Below are positions 40,274 through 48,285 of a DNA stretch of 64,000 nt, piece by piece. Position numbers and translations under genes: made by a program. Numbering within the stretch: the first letter of the stretch is position 1; every line of letters starts with the position of its first letter. The notes below the pieces were generated by a model, which ran no database searches, was not told where the DNA came from, and worked only from the letters and a program-made list of their open reading frames with translations. Where the stretch lies: IMG/VR virus record IMGVR_UViG_3300032214_000715, positions 1 through 64,000 of that record; one strand, 5' to 3'.

Positions 40274-40492
40274 TTATAAGAACAGACCTTTTCTGTCTAC
40301 GCCAGTTTCATAGTATTCTTTTGCGGCCCCACTGTAATACATTACCTCTCCACATTGAGCACACTTATAGCGATGTAGGTCCAAGTCCACTGTGGTACTA
40401 ACAGTTTCAGACTCCCACTCACCTTCAGTTTCTTCACCAAAGCAATTTGTGGTTACCCATGTCTGTTTGGTTCTACTATGTGAGCAAGTCAT
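40274..40492 (-). CDS. Zn-ribbon hypothetical protein
   Basis: CAQC motif. Confidence 0.55.
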   Translation of the reverse strand: MTCSHSRTKQTWVTTNCFGEETEGEWESETVSTTVDLDLHRYKCAQCGEVMYYSGAAKEYYETGVDRKGLFL

Positions 40493-40770
40493 TCTTTAAC
40501 TCCGAAATGTTGTTTCAATCGTTCTACACACACATCCTGTCCATCAATAAAGGCCTTGTCTATTGCGCTGGCCTGCTCATACAGAATATCCGATTCTCCG
40601 CCTGGCCAACAAACCATAATACATTCCCGAACAATCAACTCGGCGAACTTTTCAATTCTGTCATCCCATAGTTCCACAGTTTCAACATGCTGTGGAGGAT
40701 TTGACATTAGATTTCTAGTGCTAATATGAGCACCGGCCTCTTTAGCAAGTTTCCTAATTCGTTCGTTCAT
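40489..40770 (-). CDS. MNERIKE-family paralog
   Basis: MNERIRKLA, KFAELIVREC, HFGVKE. Confidence 0.8.
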   Translation of the reverse strand: MNERIRKLAKEAGAHISTRNLMSNPPQHVETVELWDDRIEKFAELIVRECIMVCWPGGESDILYEQASAIDKAFIDGQDVCVERLKQHFGVKE

Positions 40771-40872
40771 TTGCAATCTCTTTTAATCTAAGGACAAAAT
40801 CTGTTTGTTCGTATTCACCATAAACATTAACGAGCCTTGAGGCTAACCATAGTAGAAATTCTTTATCACTCA

Positions 40873-41061
40873 TTATTCAACTCCAAAGTATTCCTTGATC
40901 ATTGGTCCAGGATATTCACCACCGTCGTGGGCATAGTTGCCAATCATAACACACTTTTTGATAATCAACTCGGCGAATTTATCCTGCCACTTGTCTCGGT
41001 CAAACGCTGGACTAAATTCCTGAGTAGCCTGTTTAGCCAGTTCTTTAATTCGTTCGTTCAT
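40873..41061 (-). CDS. MNERIKE-family paralog
   Basis: MNERIKELA, KFAELII, YFGVE. Confidence 0.8.
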   Translation of the reverse strand: MNERIKELAKQATQEFSPAFDRDKWQDKFAELIIKKCVMIGNYAHDGGEYPGPMIKEYFGVE

Positions 41062-41062
41062 A

Positions 41063-41257
41063 TCAATCATCCCTACAATTACAATCACCAGTGCCGAAAC
41101 GAAGTTCTCCGCAATATGGACAACCTATACGATAATGTGGATCTAACTCGTTGAGAACACGATAGTATTCTGTTGTGCCAACAGGGCCGCCGCAATCCAT
41201 AGCAATTGCTACATGTGAGTAGCCTTTACTCAACAGTTCCTTAATTCGTTCGTTCAT
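41063..41257 (-). CDS. Chimeric ORF: MNERIKEL N-terminus plus Zn-finger
   Basis: MNERIKELL then CPYC...CNC. Confidence 0.65.
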   Translation of the reverse strand: MNERIKELLSKGYSHVAIAMDCGGPVGTTEYYRVLNELDPHYRIGCPYCGELRFGTGDCNCRDD

Positions 41258-41430
41258 AATGTTAGACCGCCCTTCTTTTCAAGACTTGCTTGATGCTCTT
41301 GTGGACTACGATTTACACACAACCCACCATCGTAAAGCAGGGGTTGTCCACACCAAGCTAACCATTCTAACCCACTCGGAGTAAATTTAGTTCCTGTGAC
41401 ATTCCAAGCCCGCCTGAATTGTTCGTTCAT
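41254..41430 (-). CDS. 58-aa ORF starting MNEQ (below ORF-track cutoff)
   Basis: Own translation MNEQFRRAWNV...KGGLTL; ATGA overlaps both ends. Confidence 0.55.
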   Translation of the reverse strand: MNEQFRRAWNVTGTKFTPSGLEWLAWCGQPLLYDGGLCVNRSPQEHQASLEKKGGLTL

Positions 41431-41750
41431 ACCATACTCCTTCCAATCTCAGCCGCAGCCCTGACGATGGCGCGGCGTGTGGCGGCATATCCATCTTCGC
41501 CGCACTTTTCCCAGTCCTCTCTTGAGTAGCGCAGGGTGTAGAAGGGTAGGCATTTCACCGCCAGCCTGAAAGCATCGCCGTCGTCGGTGAGGGGGTTCCA
41601 AAGCGTTGGGTAGTCACTTGTTCTAGTCGGATGCCTTGACCTAAGATAGAACTCGAAAGCCGAAGGGAACAAAGGAAATCGTTTTTCAATGAAATCGTAC
41701 TTAGCCGCCTTCGCAGCGTATTCCAGCAGTTCTCTATCTGTATCAATCAT
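41427..41750 (-). CDS. Hypothetical protein, higher GC
   Basis: WNPLTDDGDAFRLAV; ends RAAAEIGRSMV. Confidence 0.65.
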   Translation of the reverse strand: MIDTDRELLEYAAKAAKYDFIEKRFPLFPSAFEFYLRSRHPTRTSDYPTLWNPLTDDGDAFRLAVKCLPFYTLRYSREDWEKCGEDGYAATRRAIVRAAAEIGRSMV

Positions 41751-41751
41751 T

Positions 41752-41946
41752 TTACTTACTCTGAATACAACGGTATTCGTTAGTTTTGAGACTCAATTGC
41801 CTAGCAGCATCATCGCACATTTCTCGTGCTGTCTTTTTGCCCATACGACCCTCTTCCATATGGAACTCCCCAATAGGTCGCCAATCGTACTTACAGACAG
41901 CAGGCACACAGGCAATCACGGTCCAAATTACAAGAATGTAGGTCAT
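41752..41946 (-). CDS. Small secreted/membrane hypothetical
   Basis: Hydrophobic N-terminus, Cys pairs. Confidence 0.55.
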   Translation of the reverse strand: MTYILVIWTVIACVPAVCKYDWRPIGEFHMEEGRMGKKTAREMCDDAARQLSLKTNEYRCIQSK

Positions 41947-42186
41947 GGTTCAATTACCTTTCCACTTACTATAGATCCAACTTGTTAATAAAGTCACGCC
42001 GGATGCTACCATAATAATACCAACAATTCCAACGGTTGCTATTAAAATGTCTATTAGAGCGCCAGCCACTTCACTCACCTCTCCACGCACTATAAATCAT
42101 CTGATAAGCACAATAGGGAATCATAAGTGTGACTCCAGTAATGGCCAATAGCCAAACGGTTATAAACACATCCATCAAAATGTTAA

Positions 42187-42321
42187 TCATTTCAGTGATC
42201 TCCTAAATTCTCTGTAAGCATCATATAGCAAGGGAATTACCAGTGACAGGAACATAGCCATAGAACCCAGCAATATAATTATCATGACTAATTGTACCAC
42301 AAAAATAAAAATGCTTTCCAT
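42187..42321 (-). CDS. Small single-TM peptide
   Basis: MESIFIFVVQLVMIIILL; coupled to upstream stop. Confidence 0.45.
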   Translation of the reverse strand: MESIFIFVVQLVMIIILLGSMAMFLSLVIPLLYDAYREFRRSLK

Positions 42322-42545
42322 TATTTTACTCCAAAATGTTCCCGAATCGCACCTTCTGCAATTCGCAATCCATCTTCCCATTCATCTTTAGAATTCATAG
42401 ATTCGTTTTGAATTGCTTGAATACATTCCTGAATAATTAGTTCAGCAAACATTTTATGATCGACCAAACGCTGGCTGTCACCACGATACCAGTAATCATG
42501 GACTTCTGAAGCCTGCTCTAATAGTTCTTGGAGTCTTTCGTTCAT
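42321..42545 (-). CDS. MNERIKE-family paralog
   Basis: MNERLQELL, MFAELIIQEC, HFGVK. Confidence 0.8.
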   Translation of the reverse strand: MNERLQELLEQASEVHDYWYRGDSQRLVDHKMFAELIIQECIQAIQNESMNSKDEWEDGLRIAEGAIREHFGVK

Positions 42546-42790
42546 AGTCCCAGTACCTTTCGTTCTTGCTCAGTAAGTTTAGCAAGGGCACGTTTACGGA
42601 GTTCACCGTTTTTGTATTCTTCCAGTTCTGTCAGATCATCCAAGATAACAATCTCTCGCTCGTAGATTTCGTCAAACTTGTTTTTGGCTTTCCAAGCATC
42701 CGCAGCTTCCTTAGTTGCCACATAGTACAGATGGTTGTGACGTTCGCCGCCGTCCCACACTTGAATGTCCCAGCATTTGATGATTTTCAT
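42542..42790 (-). CDS. Hypothetical protein
   Basis: MKIIKCWDIQ; ends ALAKLTEQERKVLGL. Confidence 0.6.
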   Translation of the reverse strand: MKIIKCWDIQVWDGGERHNHLYYVATKEAADAWKAKNKFDEIYEREIVILDDLTELEEYKNGELRKRALAKLTEQERKVLGL

Positions 42791-43044
42791 TCCGAAACTC
42801 CGAAACGCCACTTGATCATTTGACTGAATGTTAGTTGAGCATTAGTCCAAATCTTACCCTCATTATCGGTCTTTGCCTTTGTTAGATTAACCACGAGGTC
42901 TTTTTCAACAATATCAATACATTCCCTAACAATCAACTCGGCGAACTTTCTTTGTGCTTTAGTAAGGCCAGTGGGATCAAATCCGTTATATTCTGCTGAA
43001 ATGATTCCAGCCTCAACAGCAAGTTCTTTAATTCGTTCGTTCAT
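42787..43044 (-). CDS. MNERIKE-family paralog
   Basis: MNERIKELA, KFAELIVREC, RFGVSE. Confidence 0.8.
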   Translation of the reverse strand: MNERIKELAVEAGIISAEYNGFDPTGLTKAQRKFAELIVRECIDIVEKDLVVNLTKAKTDNEGKIWTNAQLTFSQMIKWRFGVSE

Positions 43045-43049
43045 CGTCT

Positions 43050-43105
43050 GCTCCTGATTTCTAACTTAGTGAATATAGTATAACAGGAAACGAAATTATT
43101 GTCAA
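43050..43105 (-). promoter_or_regulatory. Early promoter/RBS cassette copy 1
   Basis: TTGACA-17-TATACT...GGAG; 50/56 identical to 48230-48285. Confidence 0.85.
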
Positions 43106-43112
43106 GTGCTGG

Positions 43113-43583
43113 TCATTTATTACCCTGGGATACGCTACTAGCAGAACTAGAACTACTTGAACCAGAACCTGACGAAACCAATTGTAGTAGTCTAGCAGTT
43201 CCACTAGCATCGCTTTGTTGAAAGATTGCGACAAGTTTTGATTGTAGTGTTTGACCAGTATTGTCACGCCAACTGACAACCACTTGAATGTTCTTGTGTT
43301 GAGCGTTTGGTTGTGACACTGTATATCTTACACTATAAGTAGCAGATTTTCCCAGTGTGTCGGGCAAAGTTTTTTCACCTACTCCAAGTTCTGGGTCAGT
43401 CCAAGACCGTGTTCGTAGATTTTCAATAACACCTTGAGCAATGAATCCTGCTTCAGATTGTTGTTTAGCCGCTGAACTTGCGGTAAATTGAATACCCTGT
43501 AGTCTAGTCAGAGCCAACAGCCCGCCGCCGATTATGATCGTTGCGATCATAATATCAATTAGTCCTACTCCACGCTGATTCAT
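43113..43583 (-). CDS. Type IV pilin-like protein (PilV-like minor pilin)
   Basis: MNQRG/VGLIDIMIATIIIGGGLLAL prepilin class III signal; A...A...IENLR helix. Confidence 0.75.
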   Translation of the reverse strand: MNQRGVGLIDIMIATIIIGGGLLALTRLQGIQFTASSAAKQQSEAGFIAQGVIENLRTRSWTDPELGVGEKTLPDTLGKSATYSVRYTVSQPNAQHKNIQVVVSWRDNTGQTLQSKLVAIFQQSDASGTARLLQLVSSGSGSSSSSSASSVSQGNK

Positions 43584-43777
43584 TCTGAAACTCCGAAATG
43601 TTTTTTAGCAGCATTCCAACCATAGCAGAAGGCTTCCCATTCTGCTTCGTCATACCCTAGTGCTTCATGGTTTCTGGGCCTATCTCTGAGGTCTGCGGTT
43701 TCTTTAACATATTCTTCGAACATGTCTACTTGTTCTTTAGTATCCCATTCCCAACCTGGTTCGCCGTATCCCATCAC
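43580..43777 (-). CDS. Chimeric ORF with family C-terminus only
   Basis: Unrelated N-terminus, ends KKHFGVSE. Confidence 0.65.
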   Translation of the reverse strand: MMGYGEPGWEWDTKEQVDMFEEYVKETADLRDRPRNHEALGYDEAEWEAFCYGWNAAKKHFGVSE

Positions 43778-44019
43778 TTGACTCCGAAATGTTCTTTAAT
43801 CAATTGCGCCGTTTCCCATAGTGGGTCTGCTTCATGATATGAATATTCTTTGCGATTGACAATAGCCAAACATTCCCTAATAATCAAGTTAGCGAATCGT
43901 TGGGCACTGGCTTCACCTTGCCAATATACGGTAGGAGGATTACCATCAAGTGCAGGATCACCATCGTAGTGGCGAGTTCCGTGGGCTTGGCGATATAGTT
44001 CTTTCAATCTTTCGTTCAT
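43774..44019 (-). CDS. MNERIKE-family paralog
   Basis: MNERLKELY, RFANLIIREC, IKEHFGVK. Confidence 0.8.
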   Translation of the reverse strand: MNERLKELYRQAHGTRHYDGDPALDGNPPTVYWQGEASAQRFANLIIRECLAIVNRKEYSYHEADPLWETAQLIKEHFGVK

Positions 44020-44396
44020 ACTGTCTCCAATTCATCAATTTTTTCGTATGCGACAACCGCTGGTAGTAGTAAAATTGCGGCTGGGTCTTCACTTAGAACT
44101 GCCCATACTCGCAATTTATCACTAGACATATCTAGGTATTTGGCAGCATCATCATATGCGATTAGTGCTAGGATCGCATCCCGAGCCGCATTCCAAACCG
44201 CAGCCCTCGCCGCAGCCCGCCCCGTCAGCGCCAGAGCCGCATCCCAAGCCGCAATCCGAGCCGCATCATAAGCCGCATCATAAGCCGCATCATAAGCCGC
44301 ATCCCAAGCCGCATCCCAAACTTCGGGATGTGATTTTGAAGACTCCAACACGCGATCAATATGTGTCGCATTTGGCAAATGACTCCAGGCGTTCAT
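44016..44396 (-). CDS. Ala-rich protein with (W/Y)DAA tandem repeats
   Basis: 12-bp tandem units GCGGCTT(GG/AT)GAT, about 44236-44318. Confidence 0.7.
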   Translation of the reverse strand: MNAWSHLPNATHIDRVLESSKSHPEVWDAAWDAAYDAAYDAAYDAARIAAWDAALALTGRAAARAAVWNAARDAILALIAYDDAAKYLDMSSDKLRVWAVLSEDPAAILLLPAVVAYEKIDELETV

Positions 44397-44632
44397 TTTA
44401 CAAACCTACCGTCCTCTTCAATGTAAATATCAAAATGTGATTCAATATTGCTGGCAATAGCAAGTCCTGGTCCAGACAGTTTAGGTTTGTCATACTCGTA
44501 TGCGATATTGATACATTCCCTGATCAACAACTCGGCGAACTTTAGTTGAATGCGTTCATAGTAATCTGCACAGTCGGAATCAACTATTTCGTCCTGCGCC
44601 TGTTCGTAAAGTTTTATAATTCGTTCGTTCAT
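44393..44632 (-). CDS. MNERIKE-family paralog
   Basis: MNERIIKLY, KFAELLIREC; ends GRFVK. Confidence 0.78.
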   Translation of the reverse strand: MNERIIKLYEQAQDEIVDSDCADYYERIQLKFAELLIRECINIAYEYDKPKLSGPGLAIASNIESHFDIYIEEDGRFVK

Positions 44633-44645
44633 TATCAACTTTCTG

Positions 44646-44978
44646 TTAAGTATTCTCAGTTTGGCACTGCCCGTCTGGACCATAGGTACAAGCATAGACA
44701 GCAGAACTATCAGTTAGTGGCTGCTCAAAGATACGGTAGAAACAATATTGCTCCCCTTCTGTGTCAAAGAAGAACATACTACCATTGACCAACCCTGCCA
44801 TGATATTATAGAACTCATCAGTCTCACCGTAAAGGGCTTTGACTTCTGCCATGATAAACTTCCAAATTTCGTCATCTTCGGGTTTATCGTACTCTAACCC
44901 ATTGCCTACATAAACAGCAGGTTTACCCATTTGCTTCACAGCAAGACTTTGAATTTCATTCCATTGACAAACTTTCAT
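44646..44978 (-). CDS. Hypothetical protein
   Basis: Starts in ATGA overlap after FGVEE. Confidence 0.6.
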   Translation of the reverse strand: MKVCQWNEIQSLAVKQMGKPAVYVGNGLEYDKPEDDEIWKFIMAEVKALYGETDEFYNIMAGLVNGSMFFFDTEGEQYCFYRIFEQPLTDSSAVYACTYGPDGQCQTENT

Positions 44979-45232
44979 TCCTCAACTCCGAAATGTTGTT
45001 TAATGTTATCAATACATTTTTTTACGCCCCTATTATGTGCGTTAGAATGCGTACCGACTGTACCGACAAAATTAACATTACATTGCTCAACACATTCTGC
45101 CACAATGAGTTCGGCGAACTTTTTTCGGTCAAATACTGTCCGGATAGTGCTCAATCCACCAGCATTCATATCAAAGTCGCAAGGCACCTTTACCCAACAT
45201 TGGGATTCAAGTTCTTTAATTCGTTCGTTCAT
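44975..45232 (-). CDS. MNERIKE-family paralog
   Basis: MNERIKELE, KFAELIVAEC, IKQHFGVEE. Confidence 0.8.
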   Translation of the reverse strand: MNERIKELESQCWVKVPCDFDMNAGGLSTIRTVFDRKKFAELIVAECVEQCNVNFVGTVGTHSNAHNRGVKKCIDNIKQHFGVEE

Positions 45233-45468
45233 ACCATACCCTTTCCAATCTCTGCTGCGCGGATGTGCCAGGCGCACCATGAGGCTCCGACGCCGCGTTC
45301 GAGTCCAGAGTTCCGATGAGCGATCTTGTCGCACTCCTTCGCGCACTGCTCCCGCTCATCAGCCCGGACAAGGGCGGCGAAGCGTTCAAGTTGCCTGTCG
45401 AAATAGACGTCGGTGTGTTTTGCGGAAAACCCAGCCTGCTTGGCAAGTTGTCGAATTTGTTCGTTCAT
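45229..45468 (-). CDS. MNEQ-start paralog, higher GC
   Basis: FAALVRADEREQCA; ends RAAEIGKGMV like 41427. Confidence 0.72.
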   Translation of the reverse strand: MNEQIRQLAKQAGFSAKHTDVYFDRQLERFAALVRADEREQCAKECDKIAHRNSGLERGVGASWCAWHIRAAEIGKGMV

Positions 45469-45698
45469 TCCGAAACTCCGAAATGTCTGGCAATATGCTC
45501 TGCGGCGGTTAATTTGGTTTGGGGGTGTGGATAATTTACTGTGACTGCCATACATTCACTGATCAACAACTCGGCAAACTTTTCAAATTCTGAATACGAA
45601 ACAAACCGAGCCATTCCTCTCGGATCGCCATCTAATATAGCCATTCTACCGAAACGTATATTAGCCTGTTCGGCAAGTAGTTTAATTCGTTCGTTCAT
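45465..45698 (-). CDS. MNERIKE-family paralog
   Basis: MNERIKLLA, KFAELLISEC, HFGVSE. Confidence 0.8.
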   Translation of the reverse strand: MNERIKLLAEQANIRFGRMAILDGDPRGMARFVSYSEFEKFAELLISECMAVTVNYPHPQTKLTAAEHIARHFGVSE

Positions 45699-45719
45699 TC
45701 TTTAACTCCGAGATGTTGT

Positions 45720-45959
45720 TTAATCAATCCCCACTTGACGAGTACAGCCTTTGCCACATTGTTCTTGCCAACTGGTAGAACCTTGACAGTTGGTAAAGTA
45801 GCGAATGATGCCACCGTCACTGAATCGATAGACAGTACAGCCTTCGTGAGTAAACAGTTTATCCACTACAAACTCTTTGCCTACAGCAGTGCTGGTTTCA
45901 GCAGGCTTGCTACAGCCCGCCAACAGGGTGATAGCGAGGATAGTCAATACAGTTTTCAT
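45720..45959 (-). CDS. Small lipoprotein
   Basis: MKTVLTILAITLLAGC lipobox. Confidence 0.75.
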   Translation of the reverse strand: MKTVLTILAITLLAGCSKPAETSTAVGKEFVVDKLFTHEGCTVYRFSDGGIIRYFTNCQGSTSWQEQCGKGCTRQVGID

Positions 45960-46207
45960 TCTTCAACTCCAAAATGTGTTTTGATCATTGTAGCACAACT
46001 ATCAGCCGTTGCTTTAGTTTTGCGAGCCATTTCACCTGTGTTGGTGATTGTAGCCATATTAGCAACAAACTCACACTTGCCTACGCATTCTGCCACAATC
46101 AACTCAGCGAACTTTTCAAACTGCTGACTATATGAAAAAGTACCATCTTGCTCATAATGAAGTTCAAACCCAGCCTGTTCGGCTAGTTCCTTGATTCGTT
46201 CGTTCAT
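45956..46207 (-). CDS. MNERIKE-family paralog
   Basis: MNERIKELAEQAG, KFAELIVAEC, HFGVEE. Confidence 0.8.
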   Translation of the reverse strand: MNERIKELAEQAGFELHYEQDGTFSYSQQFEKFAELIVAECVGKCEFVANMATITNTGEMARKTKATADSCATMIKTHFGVEE

Positions 46208-46359
46208 TTTACAAACCTTCCCCAAATGAATTTCAGCGATAGACCATCCATAAATGCCTGCTTGAACGGTGTTAGAGGTGCCCAAATAATGTAGCCAATT
46301 ACAAGACCTTCAAGCCAAGCAATGACAACAAAGATAGCAATGGTTAGATCACTCATCAT
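46204..46359 (-). CDS. 51-aa membrane peptide ending GRFVK (below cutoff)
   Basis: Own translation MMSDLTIAIFVVIAW...FIWGRFVK; ATGA overlaps. Confidence 0.5.
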   Translation of the reverse strand: MMSDLTIAIFVVIAWLEGLVIGYIIWAPLTPFKQAFMDGLSLKFIWGRFVK

Positions 46360-46601
46360 TCAACCTCGAACAACAGATGCTCACCTTGACTACGGATGCG
46401 AACAACCTTACGACCTTCGATTCGATAACCAATACCAATAAAAGGTCCACCGCTGGGGTCAACAAACCCTAGATTGTCGTAGTCAATACGCTCTTGACCT
46501 TCTTGACCACCATAACGCCAGTATTGTAGATCACCGATAATGGTGTAAGTGTTGTCACTAATCTTTACGAATTGGTATTCAACACCATTACGATTACGCA
46601 T
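46356..46601 (-). CDS. Hypothetical protein
   Basis: MRNRNGVEYQF; FVDPSGGPFI. Confidence 0.6.
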   Translation of the reverse strand: MRNRNGVEYQFVKISDNTYTIIGDLQYWRYGGQEGQERIDYDNLGFVDPSGGPFIGIGYRIEGRKVVRIRSQGEHLLFEVE

Positions 46602-46842
46602 TTTCAACTCCAAATCTTTCTTGAATTTTCGTAACACAGTCTCTACGGAATGCGTCTTCAATTTGATTCCTGTAATCAATGTAACCAGGAGGCAAGTTTT
46701 CTACAATGTGTGTACATTCACGTACAACGTATTTCGCGAATTTCACTAATTCTGCATTAGTGAAGGTCCAACTTTGTAGCGTAGGTTGATCCTTCAACAC
46801 CTCTAACGCAAGGTCAAAAATAATGTCGTTTTCCTTGTCCAT
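46594..46842 (-). CDS. Divergent MNERIKE-family paralog
   Basis: KFAKYVVREC, RFGVENA. Confidence 0.7.
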   Translation of the reverse strand: MDKENDIIFDLALEVLKDQPTLQSWTFTNAELVKFAKYVVRECTHIVENLPPGYIDYRNQIEDAFRRDCVTKIQERFGVENA

Positions 46843-47213
46843 TATACTTCCTTCATTTCATCAACGTGCTTACACTTGTGCCTAAACTGGTAGCCGGGAC
46901 AAGAACAGGACCAACCCTTGCCAAACTTGCTAAGAAAATACTTCTTACCGTTACTACCTGACACTTCGATAACTTGACCTACAGGCTTTTCTACAGACTT
47001 AGGAAAATATACTTCGTCACTCTCACCCTTCTTGGGGAGGACAACAAACTTGCGACCTTTAGAGTCAAAGTTCATGGGCTTGCTGAACTTGATCAGTGCC
47101 TTAGTACCAGTCTTGATATAACCTACCATCTTACGCTTGTCGTCAGTAAGGTAGTAAACGTGATTAGGGACGTAGCTAGCGTCCCATTCTGTGACTTCTT
47201 GAAAGTATTTCAT
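46842..47213 (-). CDS. SWIM zinc-finger protein
   Basis: WSCSCPGYQFRHKCKH. Confidence 0.75.
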   Translation of the reverse strand: MKYFQEVTEWDASYVPNHVYYLTDDKRKMVGYIKTGTKALIKFSKPMNFDSKGRKFVVLPKKGESDEVYFPKSVEKPVGQVIEVSGSNGKKYFLSKFGKGWSCSCPGYQFRHKCKHVDEMKEV

Positions 47214-47214
47214 C

Positions 47215-47628
47215 TCACGCAGCCTTCTTAAAGTAGTCGAAGGGCAGACCGTTCTTGTAGCAGAGGAACTCATCATCCCCGTCCGTGCCGTCTGCCTCGT
47301 GAATCCAACGCAGTGCGGTCTCGCGAGTCTTTGCCCCCAATGCGATCATCTCTCCAATCCGTGCTTCGAAGTCCACAGCCGCAGCCTTCTCATTCTCACG
47401 GCGCCGTGCCTCCTCGCGCTCAATCACAGTGCCCAAGTAGGTGATCTCACGCTGGAAATCCTCTGCGGTGAAGTGTGACACCTCCTGCCCGCGTGGACGG
47501 AAACCAAACGCATCCTTGTAGGCATCCCACCAGATGGTGTGAAGCTGCTCAACATCGCTCATCTGCTCCCAAGAAGGGAACTCTTCGGTTTGAGTGGCCA
47601 GGGCTTGGGACAGTGTGACTTGAGACAT
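47215..47628 (-). CDS. Early hypothetical protein, higher GC
   Basis: WDAYKDAFGFRPR; promoter cassette upstream. Confidence 0.7.
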   Translation of the reverse strand: MSQVTLSQALATQTEEFPSWEQMSDVEQLHTIWWDAYKDAFGFRPRGQEVSHFTAEDFQREITYLGTVIEREEARRRENEKAAAVDFEARIGEMIALGAKTRETALRWIHEADGTDGDDEFLCYKNGLPFDYFKKAA

Positions 47629-47633
47629 TTCTT

Positions 47634-47686
47634 ACTCCGTTTTCTGACTATGAATACAGTATATCAAATACCGTATTATTTGTCAA
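47634..47686 (-). promoter_or_regulatory. Early promoter/RBS cassette copy 2 (diverged)
   Basis: TTGACA-17-TATACTGTATTCATAGTCAGAAAACGGAG. Confidence 0.8.
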
Positions 47687-47694
47687 ATTTTGGT

Positions 47695-47937
47695 TCAGTA
47701 TTCTGCTACAAGTTCACCATTGGTGTTTTCAGAGACAAATACCTTACAGTAGGTCAATCCCTGCCCGGCAAGATCAATATCTTGATAACCAATTTGATAG
47801 CAGAAATGACCACTATTTGTGATTCCTAGAAATTCACTTCTGATAACATGATCATTAGCGTAGCGTTTACGCAACAGTGATTCCAGTGTAATAGTATCAA
47901 TCCAAGCGCCTTTGCGTATAGATTCTGCGGAAATCAT
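47695..47937 (-). CDS. Hypothetical protein
   Basis: GGAG SD, 80 aa. Confidence 0.55.
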   Translation of the reverse strand: MISAESIRKGAWIDTITLESLLRKRYANDHVIRSEFLGITNSGHFCYQIGYQDIDLAGQGLTYCKVFVSENTNGELVAEY

Positions 47938-47951
47938 AAAACTCTCCTAAA

Positions 47952-48224
47952 TCAGTGAAGATCAATCTGAACTTGACGAAACCCAGCTACATCCTTGACT
48001 AGTCCAGTGGGGATAGGCTTACTCTGACTCTTAGCCATGTAACGATCATACGCCAATCGCTCAAGTGCGGTCCATACGGCCACTCGGGCATCACGTGTAG
48101 CGAACAGATCCGACATTTGCTGAATGGTAATCGTCATACCAACTTCTTCACCGCTGTTGGCAGTCAGAATGAAACGAAACTTTTGTGAATTCTTGAAACC
48201 GTCAACAATAGTCTTAGTACGCAT
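47952..48224 (-). CDS. Early hypothetical protein
   Basis: Downstream of promoter cassette. Confidence 0.6.
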   Translation of the reverse strand: MRTKTIVDGFKNSQKFRFILTANSGEEVGMTITIQQMSDLFATRDARVAVWTALERLAYDRYMAKSQSKPIPTGLVKDVAGFRQVQIDLH

Positions 48225-48229
48225 TTGTC

Positions 48230-48285
48230 GCTCCTGTTTTCTAACTCAGTGAATGCAGTATATCAGGAAACGAATTTATTGTCAA
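48230..48285 (-). promoter_or_regulatory. Early promoter/RBS cassette copy 3
   Basis: TTGACA-17-TATACT...GGAG. Confidence 0.85.

Noticed and set aside
44931-45534. Overlapping plus-strand ORFs across the MNERIKE array
   Set aside because: Antisense shadows of the well-supported minus-strand paralogs
39045-46842. Regularly recurring TTCGTTCGTTCAT repeat as a CRISPR array
   Set aside because: Spacing is 180-900 bp and irregular, repeats are in-frame gene starts, and no cas genes are present
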